A stretch of 64,000 nucleotides of DNA from Mobula hypostoma (taxonomy: Eukaryota). The notes beneath the pieces were generated by a model that ran no database searches, was not told the DNA's origin, and was given only the letters and a program-made list of their open reading frames with translations. Made by a program: the position numbers and the translations under genes. Each line of letters opens with the position of its first letter. The first letter of the stretch is position 1. The DNA is taken from NCBI RefSeq assembly GCF_963921235.1, contig NC_086097.1:149980001-150044000 (forward strand), written 5' to 3'. This document shows, one piece after another, positions 1-11,635 of this stretch.

Positions 1-668
1 ACCCAGAGGATGGGCAAGAGGTATATTCAGAGGGACAGAGGGAGAAAAAGGAGAGTGAGAGAAAGAATGCGTGCATAAAAATGAGTAACAGCTGGGGTAC
101 GAGGGGGAGGTGGGGCCTAGCGGAAGTTAGAGAAGTCAATGTTCAGGCCATCAGGTTGGAGGCTACCCAGACGGAATATAAGGTGTTGTTCCTCCAACCT
201 GAGTGTGGCTTCATCTTTACAGTAGAGGAGGCCGTGGATAGACATGTCAGAATGGGAATGGGATGTGGAATTAAAATGTGTGGCCACTGGGAGATCCTGC
301 TTTCTCTGGCGGACAGAACGTAGATGTTCAGCAAAGCGGTCTCCCAGTCTGCGTCGGGTCTCACCAATACGTAGGCTTATAGTAGATATCAGTGGATAAG
401 CTGTCTCCAGAGACAGAGACAGAAAGATCTAGAAAGGGGAGGGAGGTGTCGGAAATAGACCAGGTAAACTTGAGGGCAGGGTGAAAGTTGGAGGCAAAGT
501 TAATAAAGTCAACGAGTTCTGCATGCGTGCAGGAAGCAGCGCCAATGCAGTCGTCGATATAGCGAAGGAAAAGTGGGGGACAGATACCAGAATAGGCACG
601 GAACATAGATTGTTCCACAAACCCAACAAAAAGGCAGGCATAGCTAGGACCCATACGGGTGCCCACCC
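1..668 (-). mobile_element. Penelope-like element (RT + GIY-YIG 3' part), internally deleted, runs off window start
   Basis: ORF 361..666 has PLE RT motifs (MGTRMGPSYACLF, FLRYIDD, LPFLD, YYKPT). 1-369 is near-identical to 28741-29100 and homologous to the GIY-YIG region at 8617-8870. Confidence 0.92.
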
Positions 669-674
669 AAGCTT

Positions 675-913
675 TGTTTGTTTTTTTTTAGTTTAGTTTT
701 TCTTTAGTTCAGGGGGTTTTCTTTTTTTCTCTTTATAAAATATCTCTTTCATGGTCAATTACTTGAGATTGGGAGGCTAAACTATGTTTGTTACTTGGAA
801 TCTGTGCTTGTACATGTTAACTGTTATTATTGTAATCCCGATCTCTAAGTATCATCACTATTATTGTTATGTTTAATTTTGAAACTTAATAAAAAGATTG
901 AAAAAGAAAAAAG
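675..913 (+). mobile_element. Probable LINE (L1-like) 3' UTR and tail
   Basis: T-rich segment ending in AATAAA plus A-rich tail (aataaaaagattgaaaaagaaaaaag); no ORF support. Confidence 0.4.
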
Positions 914-1714
914 ATGATTAATTCAGGACTTTTCTTTACATACTGTTATGCAAGGGTGACTCAGTAGACATAACCAGTGGATGTGGAATTTCGGAAATTG
1001 GTGGTGCTGGGCAAGTATGATCAGCTCCGGGCGTGGTGGGGATAAAGGAAAGCTGGAAAGTAAGTAAGCAATTAATTAATTAAGAGCAAACTGATCTGAA
1101 TTGTCTTCAGGTTGCTAGGATGGGTCTTACTTAGCAATTTTAATTCTAAATTATGCAATTGCAGAACACACAGCAACATGATAACCTAATTGACTGATAG
1201 CAAACAATGACAGTCATGCTTCAGGAATGTATTTCCTTCCCGCACTCTGAGTGGCTATTGCATACAAGTAGCATTATTACATGCATGCTGAACTCTTGCA
1301 AACAAAATTTCATGACAGGACATGTCATATTTAATAATGAAATGATAAAGAAACTACTGCAATTGCATTCATTCTGCGAACACTGATTTTTATAAACAGT
1401 GCAAATAAAGCATGACCCTTTCACTAAATTGATTTAGGAAAACAGATTTCATAATCATAAAAAATGTTTGAATAGCTTGCCTGATATATGTTATTTTCTA
1501 TTCTATTTTGAAAATTTACAGCATCTGAATGTCGTCGTCCCTAAAATATTTTAAAAGTAATATAACAGGCGTCTCTCATTCTTAGTTTTCAGTCAACAAT
1601 AATTCTTCAGTGTATTTGACAATTCATCCTTGAAAAACTATTGCTGGATACCAGAGATCCAACCTGGAATTACTAATTTTATTCTCTGTACCATTTTTGA
1701 ATTTTCTCCCCATT

Positions 1715-2470
1715 ATTATTTAGATGGGGAGAAAATCCAAAAATCGGAAGTGCAAAAGGACTTGGGGGTCCTCGTGCAGGATACCCTAAAGGTTAACCAC
1801 CAGGTTGGATGGGCAGTAAGGAAAGCGAATGCTATGTTGGCATTCATTTCAAGAGGAATAGTGTATAAGAGTAAGGAGGTGTTGATGAGGCTTTATGGGG
1901 CATTAGTGAGACCTCATTTGGAATACTGTGTGCAGTTTTGGGCCCCCTATCTTGGAAGGGATGTATTGATGTTGGAGAGAGTTCAGAGAAGATTTACGAG
2001 GATGATTCCTGGAATGCAGGGGCTAACATACGAGGAGTGTTTGTCGGCGCTTGGACTGTATTCATCAGAGTATAGAAGAATGAGAGGGGATCTCATAGAA
2101 ACATTTCGAATGTTGAAAGGGTTGGACAGAGTAGATGTGGAAAGGTTGTTTCCCTTGGTGGGTGAGTCCAGGACAAGAGGCCACAGTCTTAGAATTAGAG
2201 GGTACCCATTTAAAACAGAGTTGAGGAGAAATTTTTTTAGCCAGAGGGTTGTGGATCTATGGAATTCATTGCCACATACAGCTGTGGAGGCCTGATCATT
2301 GAGGGTGTTTAAGAAGGAGGTTGATAGGTACCTAATTAATCAGTGTATCAAGGGATAGGGGGAAAAAGCCGGAAATTGGAACTAGTTGGGAGAACAGTTT
2401 AGCTCATGGTGGAGCTGCGGAGCAGACTCATTGGGCCGAATGGCCTACTTCTGCTCCTTTGTCTTGTGGT
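1715..2470 (+). mobile_element. CR1 LINE, 5'-truncated (RT C-terminus + 3' UTR)
   Basis: ORF 1630..2295: DLGVLV, LYGALVRPHLEYCVQFWAP, RRMRGDLIE, FFSQRVVDLWNSLP; ends in CR1-type tail ggcctacttctgctcct. Confidence 0.93.
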
Positions 2471-2664
2471 ACCAGATATTTGCATATATAACCTAAGCTG
2501 GCATATCTATGGACAACAAATGAAGTGCTTTTTGATGTGATTTTCAACTGAGATCCCAACTGCCATTTTATTTGGGCATAAAATATCCAAAGGCAAATTT
2601 CAAAGAATACTAGGAGAGTTTTCTGTAAAATTTACCTGCAATCAATGGAATGTATTATCCAGAA

Positions 2665-2762
2665 TAGCAAACAATTTGCTGGAGCAACTCAGTGGGCCAA
2701 GTAGCATCTGTGGGAAGAAAGAATTATTGATGTTTTGGACTGAAACCCTGCATCGGGACTGA
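2665..2762 (-). mobile_element. Degenerate PLE 3' terminus
   Basis: gctggagcaactcag...gcatctgtgg...tgttttggactgaaaccctgcatcgggact aligns by eye to the terminus at 3470-3565. Confidence 0.6.
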
Positions 2763-3468
2763 TAGATTATCCAGTCGTTGCTGTTTGTGGGATCTTGAGG
2801 CAAAATTTCCTCATGTGTTTCCTGTAGTTTATAAAATCATCATTATGTTTTGTAATGTTGTGAAAAATGCAAAATATATTCATGATCTGTAAAGAAAAGA
2901 TTTCATCCTTTTTAATCTGCTGAGGGAGTTTTCTGTCTTCATCTTGGCAGTGGTATAAATTCCACCTCCAGCCAACGTCACACAGTCACTGGAGGAGCTG
3001 AGAACACAATCAGCAAGCACAAAACAGTGCACCTGAATGCCTTCCCTGGCATTGCAGGTCAGCTTGAAAAAGTCTCTGAACAACAACCATCAACATATCC
3101 TGTAGAACCAGGCGAGCCAACACACTTGACCACTGTTATATCACCATCAGGGGATTTACCATGACATCCCACACACACATTTTGGGAAGTCCGTTCACAT
3201 GGCTGTACTTCTTCTTCCAGCATGTAGGCAGAGACTAAAGACCACAGCACCAATGGTGAGAACCAAGAAGGTACGGTCAAGGCAAATGGAGGAGCACTTA
3301 CAGGACTGCTTTGAGTCGGTGGATTGGAAAATATTCAAAGATACATCTTCAAATCTGAATGAATATACCATAGTTGTCATCGGCTTCATCAAGCCCTGTG
3401 TGAATGAGAATATGTATTTGAGAATATACCAGACATACCCAAACCAAAAGCTGTGGATGAACCAGGAG

Positions 3469-3722
3469 CACACATCAAAGTTGCTGGTGAACGCAGTAGG
3501 CCAGGCAGCATCTCTAGGAAGAGGTACAGTCGACATTTCAGGCCGAGACCCTTCGTCAGGACTAACTGAAGGAAGGTCATTCAGTTAGTCCTGACGAAGG
3601 GTCTCGGCCTGAAACGTCGACTGTACCTCTTCCTAGAGATGCTGCCTGGCCTGCTGTGTTCACCAGCAACTTTGATGTGTGTTGCTTGAATTTCCAGCAT
3701 CTGCAGAATTCCTCGTGTTTGC
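3469..3722 (+). mobile_element. Short fold-back PLE insertion with 13-bp TSD
   Basis: Inverted arms about 3469-3570 / 3580-3681, unpaired tail 3682-3722; TSD gatgaaccaggag at 3456-3468 and 3723-3735. Confidence 0.93.
3586..3623 (+). ncRNA. Minimal type I hammerhead ribozyme motif (PLE-borne)
   Basis: Stem I UAGUC/GACUG, CUGACGA core (3591-3597), extra A, stem II GGGU-CUCG-GCCU, GAAA, minimal stem III with palindromic ACGU, predicted cleavage after GUC (C3618). Confidence 0.82.
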
Positions 3723-6204
3723 GATGAACCAGGAGATTTGCATTCTGTTGAAGGCTAGATCTGTGGCATTCAGGACTGGTGTCCAGAACTCTACAAGCAG
3801 TCCAGGTACGACATGTGGAATGCTATTTTAAGAGTTGATCTTTCTCTCTCCTATATGTCTCCTTGTCACCACCAAAAATTTTGGCAACAATAGTTTTGTT
3901 TTCTAGGGTGTGGGTTGTGCCTACCCACACAGTCTTGGGGATAGAGAGAGCAGGCCAGTGGGCCAAGCATGCATCCTTGAGGTGCGCCAGTGTTGATTGC
4001 TGGTGTCAATTGAGGTTAGGGAAGGAATAGGATGCATATCAGCTCTGGCAGTGTTTGCAGGCCATTACTTGTTACAAAACGAAAGCTAATGTCTCAAAGC
4101 CTTTTATGCACGCATTGAAAGGGAGAACAAAACTATACCTGTGTAATCCTGCAGCTACTGGTGACCCTGTGATCTCTGTCTTCAAGGCCAACATAAGAAC
4201 ATCTTTCAGGGGGGTGAATCCTATCTAGGCATCAGGCCGTGATGATGTACCTAGTAGGTCTCTGAAAACTAAGCCAACCAACTGGTGGGAGCATTCAAGG
4301 GTATCTTCATCCCTCACTTCTACATTCGGTGGTTTCCACCTTCTTTAAAAGGGCAACAATCATACCAGTGCCCAAGAAGAGCAGGGAGAGCTTCCTCAAT
4401 GACCCTCTCCCAGTGGCACTCTCATCTACCGTGATGAAGTACTTTGAGAGGTTGGTCATGGTTAGAATCAACTTCTACCTAAGCAAGGCCCTGGACCTGC
4501 TGCAATTTGTCTTTGCCACAATATACCTACAGTGAATGCAATCTCACTGGCTCTCCATTCAGCCTTTAATCATCTGGATACCTAATAGTAATACCTATTC
4601 AGGCTGCTGACTACTGATTACAGCTCAGTGTTCAACACCATCATACCCTCAGTACTAGTTCCAAACCGTGGGCCTCTGTACCTCCCTCTGCAACTGGAAT
4701 CTAGTCTTCCTCACTGGGAGGCCACAGTCTGTGTGCATTGGAAATAACATCTCCTCCTCTCTGACAGTCAACACTGCCGCACCTCAAGGATGCGTGCTTG
4801 GCCCTCTGCTCTACTCTCTCCACACCCACTATTGTGTGGCTAGACACAGCCTAAATGCCAAAAAACACAACTGTTGTTGGCAAAATTTCTGATGGTGACG
4901 AGGATACAAACAGGAACGAAGTAGATCAGCTGGTTCAGTGGCGTTGCAACAACCTTGTCCTCTACATCAGTAAGAGCAAGGAATTGATTGTGGACTTCAG
5001 GCAGAGGAAGTCATAGGAACACACACCAGTCCTCAGCAGCGGAAAGAGTGAGCAATTTCAAGCTCCTGGGTGTCAATGTCTCTGAAGATCTATTCCAGGC
5101 CCAACATATTACTGGAAATACAAAGAAGGCATGACAACAGCTATATGTCATTAGGAGTTTGCAAGACTTGGTATGCCACCAAAGACACTCGCAAATTTCT
5201 GCAGATGTACCGTGGAAAGCATTATGAATGGTTGCATCACCATCTAGTATGGAGGGGCCTCTACACGCAATCTGAAAAAGCTGCAGAAACTTGTAAATTC
5301 AGTCAGTTCCATCATGGGCAATAGCCTCCCCCGCATCAAGGACACTTTCAAAAGGTGATGCTGAAGAAATGTGGCATCCATCGTCAAGAACCCTTATCAC
5401 ACAGGATATGCCCTCTTCTCATTGCTACCATCAAGGAGGAAGTACAGGAGCCTGAAGACACACACTCAAAATCTCCAGAACAGCTTCTTCCCCTTCAACA
5501 TCAGATTTCTGAATGGACAATACACACATGCACACTACCTCAGTATTTTCCCTTTTTCGCACTACTTGTTTAATTTTTTTTTACATATCCTTATTGCAAT
5601 TCATAGTTTTTATTATTGAAATTACAGCTGCCGCAAAACAAAAAAAATCATGACATACAGCAGTGATATTAAACCTGGTTCTGATTTAGTTTTGTTCATC
5701 TAAATCAACTGTCGTTTAGAGCCACAGAAACCAAAGGGAGTTGGACTTTCCATCTCCTGCTTTTTCCAGGATCAATATTTATTTTATGTACTTAATCAGA
5801 TGTATACACGTAGCTTTGCTTTGCCATGTGAACGTTGTGAACTAAAGTTCAGTACTATTATGACTTAGAACTGCATTTCTGCTCCTAAACTGCTGTAAGG
5901 CAGAAATCTGAATTAAAGGAGCATTACTTTTATGAAAAAAAACCTATTTGGCAAATAACTATGTTAGTATTTTTTCTAGTGAGAGGATGCTATATGTAAT
6001 TTTCAAGTTCAAATTTATTGTTGCCATAGGCATGCATATGCCAGGTATAAATACCCTGACAATTAGGTTTATGCAGCAAATGTTGTGGAGTTTGTTTGCA
6101 TTGATTTTGTGTTCAGATGGAGTCTTATAGCTTTGAGTGTGAAGGTTCTGGATTCAAATTTTATTCTTACATTTAATCTAAAAAAATTGCTTCAGTACTC
6201 TGCA

Positions 6205-6505
6205 AAAAGCTGCAGGAAATTGCAAACTAAGCCAGCTCAGTCATGGAGGCACCAGCCTCCCCAGCAATGAGGACATCTTCAACAGTCGATACCTCAAAAA
6301 GACTGCATCAATCATCAAGGATCCCCAATACCCAGGACATGTCTTTTCTTAATGCTACCATCAAGAAGGTGGTACAGGAATATGAGGACACACACTCATT
6401 ATTTTAGGAATAGCTTCGTCCCCTCTGCCATCAGATTTCTGATGGGCAATAAATCCATGTACGTTATTTTTTCCCTCTGCTTTTGCACTATTAATTAATT
6501 TAATT

Positions 6506-6562
<57 letters not shown>

Positions 6563-6672
6563 CACAAACGTTTATATATATATATATATCTATTGTATGT
6601 ATTGTACTTTACTGCTGCTGCAAAGCAACAAATTTCACAAAATATGCCAGTGATATTAAAACTGGTTCTGAC
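6205..6672 (+). mobile_element. Rex1/Babar 3' fragment containing (AC)n/(AT)n microsatellite
   Basis: Homologous to 5280-5687; (AC)n at about 6510-6556; ends gtgatattaaaactggttctga. Confidence 0.8.
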
Positions 6673-6799
6673 TAAATGATTCTAGCCTGTGATGTGACAT
6701 GGAAAATAGTTTGAAAATGTTTAAAATGACACTCTATTCTGTTCTGTAAGAGAACGTCATTGCATAAACTTAGCTTGGATAGAAGAGACATGAGAGAGA

Positions 6800-7020
6800 T
6801 TGAAGGTACTAGAAATCTGGAGTAACATACACAGAATGTTGGAGGAGCTCAGCAGGTCAGGCAGCATCTACGGAAAAGAGTAAACAGTCAACGTTTAGGG
6901 CTGAGAACCATCACCAGGTCTAGAAAAAAAAATCCAGAGGCCAGAATAAAGGGAGGGTGGGAGAGGGAAAAGCATAAGGTGATAAATAATAAATGAATCC
7001 ATTTGACAGGGGCAAGGTAG
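6800..7020 (-). mobile_element. Older PLE 3' terminus
   Basis: tgttggaggagctcagcaggtcaggcagcatcta...cagtcaacgtttagggctgagacc resembles the PLE terminus, with a decayed hammerhead. Confidence 0.7.
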
Positions 7021-7024
7021 GAAG

Positions 7025-10000
7025 GTGGGAGAGAGGAGAGGGGAGTGTGAGCAGTCAGAGGATGTGGTACATATTGGTACCAATGACATAGGTAGAAAGA
7101 GGAAGGAGGTCCTGAAAACAGAATATAGGGAGTCAGGAAGGAAGCTGAGTAGCAAGACCTCTCGGGATTGCTGCCCGTGCCATGCGGCAGTGTATAGGAA
7201 TAGAGTGAGGTGGAGGATAAATGCGTGGCTGAGGGATTGGAGCTGGGCGCAGGGATTCAGATTTCTTGATCACTGGGACCTCTTCTGGGGCAGGTGTGAC
7301 CTGTACAAAAAGGATGGGTTGCACTTGAATCCCAGGGGGACCAATATCCTGGCGGGGAGGTTTGCTAAAGCTATGGGGGAGGGTTTAAAGTAGATTTGCA
7401 GTTGGGTGGGAACTGAAGTGAAGAGGCAGAGGATGGGGAGATTGAAGCACAAGTACAGACAGCTTGTAGGGCGTTTGTGAGGAAGGATGGTCAGATACTG
7501 CAGCAAAGATGCACTCAGTCTTATGGTTTCCAGCAGCTGCAGATTTTCTCTTGTTTGTGGTTTAAGATGTGTCTATTTTAATGCAAAGAGTATCATAAAC
7601 AGGGCAGATGAATTTAGGGCGTGGATCAATACGTGGACTATGATGTTGTGGCCATTACAGAGACTTGGATGTCTCAGGGGCAGGACTGGCTGCTGAGTGT
7701 GCTGGGCTTTAGATGTTTCAAAGAGGGCAGGAAGGAAGACAAAAGAGATGGGGGCATGACATTGCAAATCAGAGATAGTGTCACAGCTGCAGAAAAGGAG
7801 GAAGTCATGGAGGGATTATCTACTGAGTCAGTGTGGGTGGAAGTCAGAAACAGGAAGGGGGCCGTAACTCTACTGACATCCCAATAGTAACATGGACATT
7901 GAGGAGCAGATAGGGAGGCAGATTCTGCAATAATAATAGGGTTGTTGTGATGAGATATTTTAACTTTTGTAATATTGACTGGCATCTCCTTAGAGCAAGA
8001 GGTTTAGAAGAGGTGGTGTTTGTCACATGTGTACCGGAAGGTTCCCTGACACAATATGGATAAGCGAACTGGAGGAGAGGTTGTACTTGAATTGGTATTG
8101 GGAAATGAACCTGGTCAGGTGTCAGGTCTCTCGGTGGGAGAGCATTTTAGAGGTAGTGATCACAATTCTATCTCCTTTACCATAGCGCTGGAGAGGGATA
8201 GGAGCAGATAATTTGGGAACGCAACACATATCAAAGTTGCTGGTGAACGCAGCAGGCCAAGCAGCATCTCTAGGAAGAGATACAGTTGACGTGTTGGCCG
8301 AGACCCTTCGTCAGGACTAACTGAAGGAAGAGCTAGTAAGAGATTTGAAAGTGGGAGGGGGAGGGGAGGTCCAAAATGATAGGAGAAGACAGGAGGGGGA
8401 GGGATGGAGCCAAGAGCTGGACAGGTGATTGGCAAAAGGGATATGAGAGGATCATGGGACAGGAGGCCCAGGGAGAAGGAAAGGGGGGAGGGGGGAAAAA
8501 CCCAGAGGATGGGCAAGGCGTAGAGTCAGAGGGACAGAGGGAAAAAAAGGAGAGAGAGAGAAAGAATGTGTGTATATAAATAAATAACGGATGGGGTACG
8601 AGGGGGAGGTGGGGCATTAGCGGAAGTTAGAGACGTCAATGTTCATGCCATCAGGTTGGAGGCTACCCAGACGGAATATAAGGTGTTGTTCCTCCAACCT
8701 GAGTATGGCTTCATCTTTACAGTAGAGGAGGCCGTGGATAGACATGTCAGAATGGGAATGGGATGTGGAATTAAAATGTGTGGCCACTGGGAGATCCTGC
8801 TTTCTCTGGCGGACAGAGCGTAGGTGTTCAGCAAAGCGATCTCCCAGTCTGCGTCGGGTCTCGCCAATATATAGAAGGCCACATCGGGAGCACCGGACAT
8901 AGTATATCACCCCAGCCGACTCACAGGTGAAGTGTCGCCTCACCTGGAAGAACTGTCTGCAGCCCAGAATTGTGGTAAGGGAGGAAGTGTAAGGGCATGT
9001 GTAGCAATTGTTCTGCTTACAAGGATAAATGCCAGGAGGGAGATCAGTGGGGAGGGATGGGGGGGACTAATGGACAAGGGAATCGCGTAGGGAGCGATCC
9101 CTGCGGAAAGCGGGGGGGGGGAGGGAAAGATGTGCTTAGTGGTGGGATCTCGTTGGAGGTGGCGGAAGTTACGGAGAATAATATGTTGGACCCGGAGGCT
9201 GGTGGGGTGCTAGGTGAGGACCAGGGGAACCCTATTCCTAGTGGGGTGACGGGAGGATGGAGTGAGAGCAGATGTGCGTGAAATGGGGGAGATGCGTTTG
9301 AGAGCAGAGTTGATGGTGGAGGAAGGGAAGCCCCTTCTTTTAAAAAAAGAGGACATCTCCCTTGTCCTGGAATGAAAAGCCTCATCCTGAGAGCAGATGC
9401 GGCGGAGATGGAGGAATTGCGAGAAGGAGATGGCATTTTTGCAAGAGACAGGGTGAGGAGAGGAATAGTCCAGATAACTGTGAGAGTCAGTAGGCTTATA
9501 GTAGACATCAGCATTTAATTGGGGTAGCGGAAAATATGATGGTCTTAGGCAGCAACTTGGGAGTATGAATTGCATGGCAGAAATCTGGCAAATGTTCAGG
9601 GAACATTCCCTATGTTCCATTGAGGCAGGGAAAGGATGATAAGGTAAAAGAACGATGCTGTACAAAGGATATGGAACATCTAGTTAAGAAGGAAAGAAAA
9701 GATTATGAAAGAAACTAGGTACAGATAGAGTTCTAGAAAATTATGAAGTTGCTAGGAAGGAGCTTAACAATGAAATTAGGAGAGCTAGAAGAGGCCATGA
9801 GAAGGCCTTGGCGAGTAGGATTAAGAAAACCCACCAGGGTATTCCACAAGTACCTGAAGAGCAAGAGGATGAGCCGTGTGAGAATAGGACCAATCAGGTG
9901 CGATAGTGGAAACATGTGCTTGTAGTCAGAAGAGGTAGCAGAGGTACTTAATGAACACTTTGCTTCAGTATTCACCAGTGAAAAGGACCTTGACAATTGT

Positions 10001-11635
10001 GGGGATGACTTACAGTAGACCAAAATGCTTGAGCATATAGACATTAAGAAAGGGGATGTTCTGGAGCTTTTGAGAAGTATTGTTAGATAAGTTGCCGGGT
10101 CTGGATGAAATATACTCCAGGCTATTGTGGGAAGTGAAGGGGGAGATTGCTGAGTCTCTGGCAATGATCTTTGCATCATCAATAGGGATGGGAGAAGTAC
10201 CAGAGGATTGGAGGGTTGCAAATGTTGATCTCTTGTTCAAGAAAGAGAGTAGAGATAACCCAAAAAATTATAGACCAGTGAGTCTGACTTCAGTGGTGGG
10301 CAAGTTGTTGCAGAAGATCCTGAGAGGTAGGATTTATGAGCATTTGCAGACATAATCTGATTAGGGATGGTCAGCATGGCTTTGTCAAGGGCAGATCATG
10401 CCTTATGAGCCTGATCAAATTCTTTGAGGATGTAACAAAACACATTGATGAAGGTAGAGTAGTACATGTAGATTTTAATAAGCCATTTGACAAGGTTCTC
10501 ATGCAAGGTTCATTCAGAAAGTAGGGAGGCATGGGATCCAAGGAGACCTTGCTTTGTGGATCCAGAATTGGTTTGCTTACAGAAGGCAAAGGATGGTTGT
10601 AGATGGTTCGTTTTCTGCATGGAGGTCAGTGACCAGTGGTGTTCTGCAGGGATATGTTCTGAGACCCCTCCTCTTTGTAATTTTCATGAATGGATGAAGA
10701 AGTAGAAGGGTGGGTTAATAAGTTTGTTGATGACACAAAGGTTGGGGGGTGTTGTGGATAGTCTGGAAGGTTTGCAGAGATTACAGCGGGACATCGACAG
10801 GATACAGAATTGGGCTGAGAAGTGGCAGATGGAGTTCAACCTAAATAAGTGTGAAGTGGTTCATTTCGGTAGGTCAAATTTGAAGACAGATTATAGTATT
10901 AATGGTAAGACTCTTTGCAGTGTGGAGGATCAGCAAGATATTGGGGTCCACATCCATAGGACACTCAAAGCTGCTACGCAGGTTGACAGTGTTGTTAAGT
11001 AGACATATAGTGTGTTGGCCTTCATCAATCGTGGGAATGAGTTCAAGAGCCGTGAGGTACTGTTACAGCTATAGAAGACCTTGATCAGACCCCACTTGGA
11101 GTACTGTGTTCAGTTCTGGTCACCTCACTACAGGAAGGATGTGGATACTATAGAGAGAGTGCACAGGAGATTTACAAGGATGTTGCCTGAATTGGAGAGT
11201 GTGGCCTTATGAGAATAGGTTGAGTGAACTTGGTTTTTCTCCTTGGAGCAACGGAGGATGAGAGGTGACCTGATAGAGGTGTATAAGATGATGAGAGGCA
11301 CTGATCTTGTGGATAGCCAGAGGCTTTTTCCCAGGGGTGAAATGGCTAATACGAAGGGGCATGGATTTAAAGTGCTTGGACGTCAGTACAGAGGGGATGT
11401 CAGGGATAAGTTTTTCCACAGAGAATGGTGGTTTATGGAATACTTTGCAGGCATCAGTGGTGGAGGTGGATACAAAATAGAGTCTTTGAAGAGACTCTTA
11501 GATAGGTACACGGAGCTTAGCAAAATAGAATGCTTTGCAGAGGGTAATTCTAGGAAGTTTCCAGAGTAGGTTACATGGTCGGCAGAAGGGACTGTAATTT
11601 GCTGTAGATTTCTATGTTCTATGTTCTATGTTCTA
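7025..11635 (+). mobile_element. Near full-length decayed CR1 LINE (ORF1 SGNH esterase end, APE endonuclease, RT, 3' tail), split by a PLE
   Basis: VVHIGTNDIG...DGLHLN (7025-7393); YDVVAITETW (endonuclease); NYRPVSLTS, QHGFVKGRSC, WAEKWQMEFN, RGDLIEVYK; tail (ttctatg)n at about 11609-11637. Confidence 0.92.
8221..9510 (-). mobile_element. Penelope-like element, 5'-truncated (RT thumb, GIY-YIG endonuclease, 3' UTR)
   Basis: ORF 8617..8943 VIYYVRCSRCGLLYIGETRRRLGDRFAEHL...PDGMN (GIY-YIG); ORF 9210 YKPTDSHSYLDYSSPHP...SQFLHLRRICS; CR1 resumes at 9511. Confidence 0.95.

Larger units (their letters stand above)
3195..5687 (+). mobile_element. Rex1/Babar LINE, decayed, interrupted by a PLE hairpin
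   Basis: [46 protein letters not shown]; 3' tail gtgatattaaacctggttctgat. Confidence 0.88.

Noticed and set aside
3469..3722. MITE or Foldback DNA transposon
   Set aside because: Arms are PLE 3' sequence, asymmetric (one-sided tail), and TSD lengths vary among copies (11-16 bp).
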